DNA of 64,000 bases, taken from positions 60,504 to 124,503 of the IMG/VR virus record IMGVR_UViG_2716884766_000001; one strand, 5' to 3'. Origin of the DNA: a virus. The position numbers and the translations under genes are program-made. Every line of letters starts with the position of its first letter. The stretch's first letter is position 1. Under the pieces are notes generated by a model. That model had not been told where the DNA came from. It searched no databases and saw only the letters and a program-made list of their open reading frames with translations. This document shows positions 8,072 to 18,465 of this stretch, one piece after another.

Positions 8072-8825
8072 TAAATCCCTCTGCGTATCCGTCCCATTTA
8101 TATTCTTTAGGCACTCTGTCTACGAACTCAATCAATCCATCCTCAAACTGTTGTAACCATGCTCTTCCTGCTTCAGCTGCGTTAACTTCATTAGTAGTGA
8201 ACTCAATGAGATATGTAGGCTTAGTTACATTGAATGATTGCCAGTCAGTCACTGTGCATTTGAATGCGAAGTGCTTCTTCAATAGAAATCCTTGAATGTA
8301 ACAGTCTTCTGTTGGTACTATTATACTTCCTTCTGTCTCTGGTTTAAATCTACCACTCTCTGCCCAATAATATACTTTTCTCTGATAGTTCTTAGCATCT
8401 ACAGGTCCAACACACACTGAGGATCCATCTTTGACCATGCTTGTGAGTCTAGTTACACCTGGCATTTTATATCCAGAGTGACTACCCGCATGATGTAATA
8501 GACTGTGGTTAGGCATATTTAATGCGTCTGCCTTCCAGTCTGAGGTGAATAGTATAGATCTATGGTGAATGATAGCATCATCATAACCATACTTACGTAG
8601 CAATGCTTCGTTCTCAGCCACCTTACCACTAGGATTCTTCTCTATCCAGTCAGCTAACACATCGAAATCAGGTTTCACCTCTGTTATGTCAGGGTCATTA
8701 CCAAATATCTTTTTGCCTAGTCTAGCACTCACACATGATAATATTTCAAACCCATGCTGTTCGATTTTCTTACCGAACCCATGAGCAGCGATGTCATATG
8801 ATTTGTTCTCAGTTATGTCAAACAT
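8064..8825 (-). CDS. hypothetical protein, paralogue of 7391..8071
   Basis: Shared blocks with the downstream ORF. Confidence 0.75.
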   Translation of the reverse strand: MFDITENKSYDIAAHGFGKKIEQHGFEILSCVSARLGKKIFGNDPDITEVKPDFDVLADWIEKNPSGKVAENEALLRKYGYDDAIIHHRSILFTSDWKADALNMPNHSLLHHAGSHSGYKMPGVTRLTSMVKDGSSVCVGPVDAKNYQRKVYYWAESGRFKPETEGSIIVPTEDCYIQGFLLKKHFAFKCTVTDWQSFNVTKPTYLIEFTTNEVNAAEAGRAWLQQFEDGLIEFVDRVPKEYKWDGYAEGFSA

Positions 8826-9274
8826 TATTCAGTCAAGTTTTCAAATTGGAAGTCGAAGTCGTCTTCATGGAATATAGTTGTAATCCTAGTCTCTGTGAGT
8901 AGTGGATCGAAGTGATTAGCAGTCTGTTTGTGCATCTCTGTTAGATGTGTCTCTAACTCTGTAGCTGTACATGTCTGCTCTTGATTCTTTATAGTATTAC
9001 ACTGAGTCAGCTGACTTGAGCTGTCTCCCTCTCTATTCTTCTGTAATAATACAGCATCGAATGCTAGTTTTGCTATCTGTAACCTGATTGGTTCAGTAGG
9101 ATTTAGATTCCATGCATCAATTAATAGATCATCTGGTTGAGTTGATAACTCACTACAGTTGATTGATACATGTATTTGTTGAGCATCATCATCAACTTCA
9201 GTTATGGTGAACTTCACTGAGTCCGCACCTAATATTTTGAATTGAGGCTCTTGTGTTACGTCTGATTGTGCCAT
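8825..9274 (-). CDS. hypothetical protein (possible tail-fibre assembly factor)
   Basis: ORF track; directly follows the adhesin gene. Confidence 0.6.
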   Translation of the reverse strand: MAQSDVTQEPQFKILGADSVKFTITEVDDDAQQIHVSINCSELSTQPDDLLIDAWNLNPTEPIRLQIAKLAFDAVLLQKNREGDSSSQLTQCNTIKNQEQTCTATELETHLTEMHKQTANHFDPLLTETRITTIFHEDDFDFQFENLTE

Positions 9275-9279
9275 TGTTG

Positions 9280-10203
9280 TTAGTTTGCTGAACGACCTCT
9301 ACGGTCACCTGTTGCTACCCACGAGTATATGTAGGACGCTCCATCTATATATCTCCCTGAGACACCATTCTGACCTGAGTTACCACCTGAAGCATCCTGA
9401 CCAGGATTACCACCTTTGGCTCCTGAGTTGGATCCACATCCATTTCCTGCTCCACCATTACCACCTGAGTTGTAGGAACCATTGTTCCCACCATTATTAC
9501 CACCTGAGCCAGCAGGGATACCAGCTCCACCACCACCTCCACCGCCATTAGCGGGGTTGTAATTATATCCTGTTCCCTGTTGGTAACAGTTCTTACCACA
9601 GTTAAAATTATAATAGTATGTACCTACACACTGTCCGTTCTGACCTCCACGGCCACCACCGCCACCTCCCCACATGTTTCCATTGTTCTCAATGAATACA
9701 CCTGTACGAGTATACAATGCTGTACCACCTGCAGATCCACCACTTCCTACATTTCCTGCGTTACCACCACGTCCTGCTATTCTAGCACCACTGTTAACCT
9801 TGATGTACACACGTGACTGACCACCAAAGTTACCTATGTTGATGCCAGGATTACCTCCTGCGTTACCAGTGACATGTATCACACCACGTATTCTATCGTT
9901 ATTATTATATGTCCTGCCCAGTGAAGGAGAGACATAACCACTTGTAGTCAGCCATGTGTTTAAATTAAATGTGGAGGTTCGTGTACCACTGAGAGTTACA
10001 TAGAATGTAAATACATTCTCTGTGTCGTGCCACTTTCTCCATGAGCCACCAGATTTAACCCATGCTTGTTTGACTGTACGCCATGAATTACTGTGTTTGA
10101 CTGACAGTTGGTCAACCCAACGCCATGTACCACCAGATTTTATGCGTGAATGATATTTTGGACTGAGATAGTTTGCTATCCCTGCGTCATAAGGTAATCC
10201 CAT
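9280..10203 (-). CDS. glycine-rich tail-fibre adhesin, T2/T6 gp38-like
   Basis: IAGRGGNAG...GGTAL...IENNGNMWGGGGGG polyglycine motifs; Trp-rich N-terminus; follows the long fibre gene. Confidence 0.65.
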   Translation of the reverse strand: MGLPYDAGIANYLSPKYHSRIKSGGTWRWVDQLSVKHSNSWRTVKQAWVKSGGSWRKWHDTENVFTFYVTLSGTRTSTFNLNTWLTTSGYVSPSLGRTYNNNDRIRGVIHVTGNAGGNPGINIGNFGGQSRVYIKVNSGARIAGRGGNAGNVGSGGSAGGTALYTRTGVFIENNGNMWGGGGGGRGGQNGQCVGTYYYNFNCGKNCYQQGTGYNYNPANGGGGGGGAGIPAGSGGNNGGNNGSYNSGGNGGAGNGCGSNSGAKGGNPGQDASGGNSGQNGVSGRYIDGASYIYSWVATGDRRGRSAN

Positions 10204-10205
10204 AA

Positions 10206-13200
10206 TTAATATCTATACCATATATCTCCATTATTACCACCACTAGGGTTGTTAGTAGAGATTGTACGTGCTCCGTATGCGTTGGATCCTGATCCAATAG
10301 TTAGTGTCAATACACCAGTTGATGCGTTCAATGATATACTTGAACCACCTGATACTGACAGTGATCTAACACCTGTGTTAGAAATACTTATACTGTTAGC
10401 ACCATTGCTAACACTGATACCATTACCAGCTGATATATTTGCTAGTGCGAATCCACTTGACGAACCTATAAGTAACTGACCGTTAGATATGGTTGAGGTG
10501 TTTATACCTGTACCACCGTATGCTCTGTTAATTATACTTGCTGTCCAAGTACCTGTACTAATAGTACCTATTGTACTCAATGATGACGCTGAAGTCAAGT
10601 TGCTGAGTGTGTCTATAGCACCCTCGATAGTTGCTTCTGTTGTAGCATCTATACTATCAATACCTTTAAGTGAGCAACTACCACCACTGTCTGAGATAAC
10701 ATTAGTTGAGCCGACTGTTAAGTCACCACCACTAATAGTCAAGTCACCAGTCAGTGAGAAGTTATTTCTTATGGTTGTAGTACCACTGGTAGAACCAAGG
10801 TTTAAGCTAGTTGCTGCTCCACCTATGTTTAGTGTGGATGCTGTGCTGTTGATTAGGTTGAATGTGCTCTGGTTAGTTGTGATGTCACCACCATTGACTG
10901 CTACGTCAGATGATGCTGTAATATTATTTGTGACTGACAGTGTGCCACCTAGTGTGGTAGCCCCTGAGTTTACATTAAGTGTACCTGTTGACTGTATGTC
11001 CAGTCCAAGCCCACTCTTCAACTGCATGTCACCAGTTGCATCAGAGTTACCTGACCCACCTGTAATAGTAATATTACCTGTGTCTGTTAGTCCATGCTTG
11101 ACCCAATAGTTACCATCCCAGTACCATCCTGTGTACTCACCACGTGTAGGTAGTTCTTTTAGTTTCCAGTCACCATCGTTGGCTGAACCTGAGCCTGGTG
11201 AGTTAGCAACAACGTCAATGTTTTTACTTCTTTCACCAGTCTTACCAATAGTAATATCAGCACAAGTGACTCTATCATTGATTGTAGTCTCACCCTGTAC
11301 AAGGAACTTACCTTTAAATTCTGTTGTTAGAGTATTACTCTCAATGGTTATCTTATCCCTGACGATTATCTCATCAAATGTAGGACGTAAGTTTGCTGTC
11401 TCACCAACAACTGATAACACTGGAGTGTCTAGTGATTCTTCCTCACCTGTAACTGAGCTGATCTTGGTGTTACCTATGAATAGGTCACCATTACTGTTCA
11501 GTCCAGAGTAGAATGCGATACCACCCTCTTCCTTCTGTGACTGTGCTAATAGTATCTCATCACTTGTAAGAACTCTGTTCTGTACTGAAGGTAGACCAGT
11601 TGAATAGTTACCTGGTCCGAAACCAACGTATTCAAATGTGTGGTTACCAGATCTTAAGATACTAGGTCGTCTAACTTCTAGGTCTGTACCACCTGTACTG
11701 TTTAGTGGTATCATTCTGACTGCTAGGTCTAGTTCTTCTGCGTCACCATCTCTAGCCTCTAGTGTGATGTAGTTAGCAGTCGCTGAGTCAGCTGAAGCAT
11801 AGTTTGTATAGTTATTCTTCTGCTCCATGATAAACTCTGAGGTTATCTCTCTTGTAATAGAACGAGAGAGATCCTCAGTACCACCACCATCAGTCGTAGT
11901 AACAAGTCCAACAATAGTATTAGATGCCACTGAAGTTGCTAACAATGGATCTTCTGTTGGGTTGTCCTTATCTAACTGTGGATATAGGTTGTTAATATTC
12001 TGAGAGAACGCAAAGTTACTGAGGTTACCGTTGGATGGGCTGATCTTACCATTTAACATGGTTAGATAGTAGATACCATTTTGAGCACCTGACTGTAGTG
12101 TTTGTACCTTCTCAATATCGTAGATATAATATACTTTCTCGTATGACTGACCAGTAGCAACGTTTCTGGGCTGAATAATATAACCGTTGATTGGGTCTCT
12201 TGATAGAACTGAGCTGTCTACAACATATCTGAATCTATATGTCCTGTCTCTAGATGACCTGTTGTCAGGTATCCTCATCATATATGATGCACCAGTGAAT
12301 AGTGACGTTGCATAAAATGCTTCATTACCTAGATGATAGTGTACACCATAGGATGAGTTACTACTTGTTGCTGCTGTGATTCTTACATACCAACATCCTA
12401 GCTGATCATCAAACTGTAGTGGATGATTAGGGTCACCTGGTACAAAATTTTGTGTAGTTATATTTGTGAAATCATTGTCAGATACACTGCTGCTACCTGT
12501 TGGTGTGACATTAGCATAGTATATTTGAGGTGTTGATCCATTGATCAATGACACATATAATACATCATTGATACGAGCACCAAGGTTGTAACCTTGTAGT
12601 TTATATGGAGGTTTAGTTGCCTCTGAGTTATATCCATAGAGATATAATCTGGTGTCTACTGCTCCAATATATGACCACGTGACTCCTCCATCAGATGCCG
12701 AACCTGAAACGTGTGTGGGAGCTGTGCTACCAGTAGTACCACCAACAGCAGTATAATACGCATTGCCATTGTAAATAACACTTGTTCCTGCAGATACTGT
12801 GGTGCTTCCTCCCCATGTTGGTTTGGGTGTGCCCACTGTCCTGCTGCTATTATATTTTATTTTTTGTACGTCTAGGGCTATGTAACCAACAGGTATCTCA
12901 TCTATACTACCACTGTAGACTACAGAACCACTGGTATTTGATCCACGATAACCTCTGTTCAGTGTGATAGTACCATTAGTTGCTACACTCTCAATCATAT
13001 ATGATTCAGTAGCATCAATAGCACCAATACGAATGAATTGGTTAGCGACCAGTCCATGACTAGAATTTAGTGGACTAGGTGTGACTGTCTTATTATTAAG
13101 ATTAGCAGTAAATGTATATCCTGCTACTGCTGTGTATGTACGAGCTAACTTCTTAGGAGGTATAATATGTGTGACCTTACCCGCCTTGTCCTGCGTAAAT

Positions 13201-14723
13201 GGTAAAGTCTTAAATCCTTTCGCTCTTAGAGCTGTTGATCCGAAGTTAGAGTTAGAGTTGGTAATTGACTGGTCGCCACCGCTAAGGGCAACGAAATGAT
13301 CAGCAAAACCAACAGCGAAAACAGAAACTGCCTGAATAACTGCGTCATTAGAGCATTTAACGTGGAAGTTTCGGTAGCTCGGTCTGTATATACTGTCGCC
13401 ATCTGTATGATTACCTTGTATGTACGTTGAACCATCCCATTTGATGAACGCATTGTCATCTTTCTGCAGTGATACTCCAGTGAACTGAGCAACAACCATA
13501 GATTTGAAACCAGTTGACTTACTACCATCAGCATGCATACCACATGTACCCCACGTTGAACGTAGAGATATGTTGAATATGTATGGTGACGCTGAGTCAA
13601 CGTTGTCAATCTCAACTCGTACTGTAGAACCAGTAGCAGTTGGGTTGTTAGCAGGAGCAGCCTGATTGGGATCCTTTATTATGTATCTGAAGGTTGTTGT
13701 GGTTGGTACTTCTGTAATAAAATATGAACCGTTAAATCTACCAGCCACAGCCCCTGAGACACCTTCGATCTGAACTGGGGTTCCGTTAGAAAATCCATGT
13801 GGTGTTGTGGTTGTTACCTCTGCTGTTGTAGTATACACACCACTGTTGATGTAGTCTGTGACTATACTACTGATAGTAATAGGACCTGAGGTATTAGGAC
13901 CTACAATTCTATTTTCCTCAACTCTCTTCTGGAACTCGTCTGCTGCGACAACACCAGTAGTGTCAGGGATATCATCAAATGCCTTCGCTACCTTCTGGTA
14001 GTATAGGTCTAAGTCAGTGATAGTAAGAGCATTACCAGCTGTGTCGTTGACACTGCTCAGAATATTTTTACCATCAGCATATTCAAAGCAACACAATTTG
14101 TGATGAGAATATGTTGGAGGTGTTGATGCACTGGGCTGAGCTGGGTCAGTATATACACCTGTCTTAGGACCATCAAAGAATGAGAACTGCCAGAAATAAC
14201 ATCCACCAGTTACACGAAATATTGCTGCTCTGTCGATTGCTCCTGCTGTTGGATCAGGAACATATAATGGTCTTAGCTTAGTCTTTCTAAGATCCATACC
14301 CACGAGGGATGTACCTCTTGGGATGATGATACCACCCTCTACACTATTAAATTTGTATAGTATATTGTCAGGGTTAGGTGTACCATCAGAATTTTGTAAG
14401 TCTAGGTCTGTGCTAGAGTTTAGTATGGGTATATCATCGTCTACAAATGCCTGTCCAGATGTATTAGTACCTGGTCTGTTGTCTAGTACATAATCAGAGG
14501 GATATAATACTATCGTAAATGACTCGAAAGCATCGTTGAACTGTCCAGTACGATATGAGAATCGTGCTGACTCAACCAGTGCTCTTTGAATTGACTTGAA
14601 TGGTCTGTTAGGACTATTACCTCTATTATCAAAAGAATCCGAAGCATCAAAATCGTCAGGGTTGACGTAGATACAACGGCCTGTCTTCGAGGTAAAGACA
14701 TTCTTTAGTCTTGTTAGTGCCAT
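10206..14723 (-). CDS. long tail fibre / virion structural protein, 1505 aa
   Basis: G/S/T-rich beta repeats; N-terminus typical of cyanomyophage fibres (YVNPDDFDASDSFDNRGNS...RPFKSIQRA); C-terminal PSGGNNGDIWYRY. Confidence 0.8.
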   Translation of the reverse strand: MALTRLKNVFTSKTGRCIYVNPDDFDASDSFDNRGNSPNRPFKSIQRALVESARFSYRTGQFNDAFESFTIVLYPSDYVLDNRPGTNTSGQAFVDDDIPILNSSTDLDLQNSDGTPNPDNILYKFNSVEGGIIIPRGTSLVGMDLRKTKLRPLYVPDPTAGAIDRAAIFRVTGGCYFWQFSFFDGPKTGVYTDPAQPSASTPPTYSHHKLCCFEYADGKNILSSVNDTAGNALTITDLDLYYQKVAKAFDDIPDTTGVVAADEFQKRVEENRIVGPNTSGPITISSIVTDYINSGVYTTTAEVTTTTPHGFSNGTPVQIEGVSGAVAGRFNGSYFITEVPTTTTFRYIIKDPNQAAPANNPTATGSTVRVEIDNVDSASPYIFNISLRSTWGTCGMHADGSKSTGFKSMVVAQFTGVSLQKDDNAFIKWDGSTYIQGNHTDGDSIYRPSYRNFHVKCSNDAVIQAVSVFAVGFADHFVALSGGDQSITNSNSNFGSTALRAKGFKTLPFTQDKAGKVTHIIPPKKLARTYTAVAGYTFTANLNNKTVTPSPLNSSHGLVANQFIRIGAIDATESYMIESVATNGTITLNRGYRGSNTSGSVVYSGSIDEIPVGYIALDVQKIKYNSSRTVGTPKPTWGGSTTVSAGTSVIYNGNAYYTAVGGTTGSTAPTHVSGSASDGGVTWSYIGAVDTRLYLYGYNSEATKPPYKLQGYNLGARINDVLYVSLINGSTPQIYYANVTPTGSSSVSDNDFTNITTQNFVPGDPNHPLQFDDQLGCWYVRITAATSSNSSYGVHYHLGNEAFYATSLFTGASYMMRIPDNRSSRDRTYRFRYVVDSSVLSRDPINGYIIQPRNVATGQSYEKVYYIYDIEKVQTLQSGAQNGIYYLTMLNGKISPSNGNLSNFAFSQNINNLYPQLDKDNPTEDPLLATSVASNTIVGLVTTTDGGGTEDLSRSITREITSEFIMEQKNNYTNYASADSATANYITLEARDGDAEELDLAVRMIPLNSTGGTDLEVRRPSILRSGNHTFEYVGFGPGNYSTGLPSVQNRVLTSDEILLAQSQKEEGGIAFYSGLNSNGDLFIGNTKISSVTGEEESLDTPVLSVVGETANLRPTFDEIIVRDKITIESNTLTTEFKGKFLVQGETTINDRVTCADITIGKTGERSKNIDVVANSPGSGSANDGDWKLKELPTRGEYTGWYWDGNYWVKHGLTDTGNITITGGSGNSDATGDMQLKSGLGLDIQSTGTLNVNSGATTLGGTLSVTNNITASSDVAVNGGDITTNQSTFNLINSTASTLNIGGAATSLNLGSTSGTTTIRNNFSLTGDLTISGGDLTVGSTNVISDSGGSCSLKGIDSIDATTEATIEGAIDTLSNLTSASSLSTIGTISTGTWTASIINRAYGGTGINTSTISNGQLLIGSSSGFALANISAGNGISVSNGANSISISNTGVRSLSVSGGSSISLNASTGVLTLTIGSGSNAYGARTISTNNPSGGNNGDIWYRY

Positions 14724-14727
14724 TTAA

Positions 14728-15723
14728 TTAACTAATAGTTACGCTTTCTTCAAATCCTATAAAATTAAATGCTACGCCAGCTGATGCACTCACGTATAGA
14801 TTCTGCCACTGTTCAAGTACCAGACCTGTCAAACTCACTTCAGAATTGTTTGGAATTGGGTATGATTTTAAGATCTTGTTCTGATCATTACTGTATGCTA
14901 CGGAAGCAATAATAACTTCTGGTTGAGTAGCAGTCGTCATCTTCCACTCAGCAGTCACGTTAGTACCACTGGTATTACTAGAGTTATACAGTGTTACAGT
15001 TGATAATGAGGGTAACCACTCATAACCTCTTGATGAGATTGATAGTTGTCCTGCTCCACCGATACCAGACACCCTTTGTAGTGTTGGCTCAGTATAATAC
15101 TGTGACTTCACGTTGTTAAACAGTGAGTCATTTTGGAATAACAGTGTACCTGTGAGTCTGTCATAGAATACAACTCTACCACTGGTTCCAACATATGAGT
15201 CAGTAATAGTTCCACTACCACCACCAGCTCCTGCTATTGTCAATGTAGCAGCTGTCACTGGCCATGATCCAACAGGTAACTCATACCATACTTTAAGGTT
15301 AGAAGCGTCCCATGCTATACATTTTGCTGTCTGAGTTCCAGTCAAACTACCACCAGTGATAGTAAGTGTTTCACCTGGTACATATGCTGTACCATTGTGA
15401 CCTGAGATAATAACATATGATGATGTTACCTTATCATTAGGAGCGAAACTAAACTCTGAGAAGTTAGATACAGTAGGAGACTGTGAGCCAGGAGCAGCGA
15501 ATTGAATTGCTTCTGTGTAGTCTTGGATAGCAACATCTACAGTTGCTGTAGCACCAGTCGTATTCATCATCCTAAGTGAACCACTTGTAAGTGTAGCACT
15601 AGGAGTTGTGTACATAGGAAAATCAGCACGAACTAGACCATTTGGGTTAGCTGACTGGTCAACGTATGCATGTGAATATTTTGTTGTAGCGGACTGATAG
15701 GACGCTAGTACACCGTTTGCCAT
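14728..15723 (-). CDS. virion structural protein (tail-fibre module)
   Basis: S/T/G-rich; lies within the late operon. Confidence 0.65.
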   Translation of the reverse strand: MANGVLASYQSATTKYSHAYVDQSANPNGLVRADFPMYTTPSATLTSGSLRMMNTTGATATVDVAIQDYTEAIQFAAPGSQSPTVSNFSEFSFAPNDKVTSSYVIISGHNGTAYVPGETLTITGGSLTGTQTAKCIAWDASNLKVWYELPVGSWPVTAATLTIAGAGGGSGTITDSYVGTSGRVVFYDRLTGTLLFQNDSLFNNVKSQYYTEPTLQRVSGIGGAGQLSISSRGYEWLPSLSTVTLYNSSNTSGTNVTAEWKMTTATQPEVIIASVAYSNDQNKILKSYPIPNNSEVSLTGLVLEQWQNLYVSASAGVAFNFIGFEESVTIS

Positions 15724-15727
15724 TTAT

Positions 15728-17491
15728 TTAAGAATATGCGTGGAAAATAACTTTTGTTCTGCTTGTAGCAGAGATAGTATCAGCAGTAATAGTCTGTACT
15801 GCACCGTTTAAGTCAGTTAACTTTAGACGTTTAGCATATATAGCACCGCCTATTTTGTTGACTGGATCTGTTTCAGTAACATAGAAGTCACCATCAACAT
15901 TACTATCACCTGTGACATCTAATCGTTTAGCAGGAGTCTTAGCGATACCCACATTACCATTAGAGTCAATCATCATCTCAGTGGTTCCATCAAATTTGTT
16001 GAACCTGATAGGAGTAGCATCTAATCTCCTTTGGAGTACAAATGCTGAGGAATCACCACCAATAAGTTGACCACCTGTAAAGTATATATCTCCTCCGACT
16101 TCGAGCTTATATGCTGTGGGAGTTATATCTATACCTACACGATCATTTGTGTCATCTAATATGAATGTACCATCATCAAAGTTGACTGATCCAGTAGTAA
16201 CTAGGTTACTAACCGCACCGATCTGACTGATTAGACTGAGGTTACCTGTGTGGATAATCTCGTTCTTTGTCTCTGTAGATGAACCATAATCATATTGTCT
16301 ATACTGTAGTGCTCCACCAGATGTCGTAAACTCGATAGCAGCAGTAGTATAGTCTTGTCCTCCTGCGTCAATAGTAACAGATGAGAGAGCACCATTAACT
16401 ACAACTGGAGTAACAAGTGCATCAGAACCATCACCAGTGATGACTGCTGTCATTGCCTTAGATATATTAGCACCTGGATTGACGATAGTAAATCCTGAGA
16501 CAGCACCGTTTGTAATATTAACTACTACAGAGGGCATTGTATAACCGATACTCGCTATTCTCATACCATATGAGTAATTGGTAGATGAGTAGTCTGTATC
16601 TCTATCATAATATGCTAAATCAAGATACCTTGATGCTGAATCAGTTGAGACTGCTAAGTCACCAGCTAATTTACCTGCATTGGTATCTTGACTTGTGTCA
16701 AAAAACTTTAACTTCTTGTATGTACCAGTACTACTGATCTGATTAAGTGTGATGTCATCAGTAGCAGTTGTAGTAGCATTGATAGTTACTGGGTTGTTCG
16801 CAGTTAGATTTGCGTTCAACGTTGTAACAGCAGCAACTGTTAGTGTATCAGTATTGTCAGATCCTATGGTTGAGTTACCATCAACCTGTAAGTCACCAGA
16901 TAATGTGAGGTTAACACCTGTCAAATCACCTGAGAATATAGGAGATACCAGTGTCTTACTGGTTAGAGTCTGAGTAGATGATGTAGTTACTATAGTATCA
17001 ATGTCAACTCCTGCATCAGGGAAGACAAATGTTCTAGTAGTACCTGTGGGTAATTGAGTGGCAGAAAATTTTATTATCTTACTGTTGTCCGAACTGTTGG
17101 GTACAGTGAACACCGAGTCATTGATAGCAATGGTAGAGTTGAATCTAATTAATCCAGTACCTAGTGCCTGTAGTGTCAGGTCTAAGTTGGAGTCTGCAGA
17201 GTCTCTAGCAGATAGAACTAATGAAGTAGATTGCTTTTCAAGCAATAGTTTAGAGTCACCAAGTGATATACCTAGTTCTCCTTGAGTTGTTGAATACAGC
17301 CCTGTCGCTGTCTTCTGATCGAATGCCAAGCCAGGTTGGTTCTGTGATCCACCAGGCACTGCCTTAAAAATGGATCCTACTTCGCTCTTTTTATTTGTAT
17401 CTACTGGGTCAGAATTATCAAGCAACAGAAGGGTATCTGAAGGTGATACTGTAGTCAGTAGAGTCAGGTCTGATATCTTACGAGTTGCCAC
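15728..17491 (-). CDS. tail-fibre-like structural protein
   Basis: GTG start; KISDLT N-terminus; IDSNGNVGI and LDVTG fibre repeats. Confidence 0.75.
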   Translation of the reverse strand: MATRKISDLTLLTTVSPSDTLLLLDNSDPVDTNKKSEVGSIFKAVPGGSQNQPGLAFDQKTATGLYSTTQGELGISLGDSKLLLEKQSTSLVLSARDSADSNLDLTLQALGTGLIRFNSTIAINDSVFTVPNSSDNSKIIKFSATQLPTGTTRTFVFPDAGVDIDTIVTTSSTQTLTSKTLVSPIFSGDLTGVNLTLSGDLQVDGNSTIGSDNTDTLTVAAVTTLNANLTANNPVTINATTTATDDITLNQISSTGTYKKLKFFDTSQDTNAGKLAGDLAVSTDSASRYLDLAYYDRDTDYSSTNYSYGMRIASIGYTMPSVVVNITNGAVSGFTIVNPGANISKAMTAVITGDGSDALVTPVVVNGALSSVTIDAGGQDYTTAAIEFTTSGGALQYRQYDYGSSTETKNEIIHTGNLSLISQIGAVSNLVTTGSVNFDDGTFILDDTNDRVGIDITPTAYKLEVGGDIYFTGGQLIGGDSSAFVLQRRLDATPIRFNKFDGTTEMMIDSNGNVGIAKTPAKRLDVTGDSNVDGDFYVTETDPVNKIGGAIYAKRLKLTDLNGAVQTITADTISATSRTKVIFHAYS

Positions 17492-17516
17492 ACGTACCCT
17501 ACATTAAGTTCTCCAT

Positions 17517-17942
17517 TTATTTATACGCTTTATCAAAGATAAAAGGTCCGTAACGACTGCCCCATGTCTGTTTCCCATCTTTATCGTATCCTCTGTCCAC
17601 CACTGTGTACTTATCTTTCTCTAATATTGCTTCAGATCTGAGGTATCCACCGTTAACCCATGGACTTTTGAAGTTACGTCCGATATACTTATCACCATCC
17701 TTGATGAAGTGTATATCTGCTACTGGATTAAGAGCTATGATCTCTCCATCTCTCTCTATTATCTCTATCTCCTTACGTCTATACTCCTCATTATTATATT
17801 TGTATCGTTGATGTGATAGGAACTTTGTACCCTCTGTCCTCTCATGTGTCAGTAGTACATGAGCATAGTAAGACGGCCAACTGGATGCTTGTCCCCAGTT
17901 GTTATACTCTCCCTCAAACCACTCAAGAAATTCTTCAAGCAT
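17517..17942 (-). CDS. cpeT: CpcT/CpeT-like (T-type) bilin lyase
   Basis: GEYNNWGQA..P..YAHV...H, YR, VDRGYD..GKQTWGS..GPFIF motifs. Confidence 0.75.
   Translation of the reverse strand: MLEEFLEWFEGEYNNWGQASSWPSYYAHVLLTHERTEGTKFLSHQRYKYNNEEYRRKEIEIIERDGEIIALNPVADIHFIKDGDKYIGRNFKSPWVNGGYLRSEAILEKDKYTVVDRGYDKDGKQTWGSRYGPFIFDKAYK
17518..17525 (-). promoter_or_regulatory. T4-type late promoter TATAAATA for the tail-fibre operon
   Basis: Exact gp55 consensus 26 nt before the GTG start. Confidence 0.75.
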
Positions 17943-18465
17943 TGAACTTGATTGCTAACGTAAATCTATACAATGGAGCAGCAAACGATTGCTGTCGTGC
18001 TGCGTGTGGTATAGTGCTGTCAAATATAATTATTCTACCAGGCTTATATGGTGTACAAAATTCTATTTCTTGTGCGTCATCACCTAACAGTATAGTTTCA
18101 CCACCCCACTCATGCTTCCACTCTCTATTCATATAGTATAGCAGAGTCTTATCTCCTTTGCGTGAACTGTCCACGTGTACATCAGGACTCTCACTGTGTA
18201 TACCACAGTTGATGTATGCTGTCTCCACATTCGCAGGAACATAGTCATCGAGGAACCCTGCGATACCATCAGTAAAGAAGTTCTCTACCACCCATTTCTG
18301 ATCCACATATGCTACTGGTTTCTGTGTCTTTATATCTTGTATGTCATACTTATTGCTGCCTACCAATCTATATGGCAGTGAACATGCTTCTACATATAGG
18401 TTAATCTGTTGCTGTAGAGGTATCAGATCATCAATGATAACTACCTCACCATTAGATAGTTTCAT
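17935..18465 (-). CDS. 2OG-Fe(II) oxygenase
   Basis: HVD, TLLYY, WGGET, PGRIIIFD..IPH, RFTLAIKF. Confidence 0.85.
   Translation of the reverse strand: MKLSNGEVVIIDDLIPLQQQINLYVEACSLPYRLVGSNKYDIQDIKTQKPVAYVDQKWVVENFFTDGIAGFLDDYVPANVETAYINCGIHSESPDVHVDSSRKGDKTLLYYMNREWKHEWGGETILLGDDAQEIEFCTPYKPGRIIIFDSTIPHAARQQSFAAPLYRFTLAIKFNA

Noticed and set aside
10249-11511. Long plus-strand ORFs antisense to the tail fibre (also 2363-2734, 23659-24099, 26393-26779, 29066-29473)
   Set aside because: Shadow ORFs produced by codon bias of the real minus-strand genes
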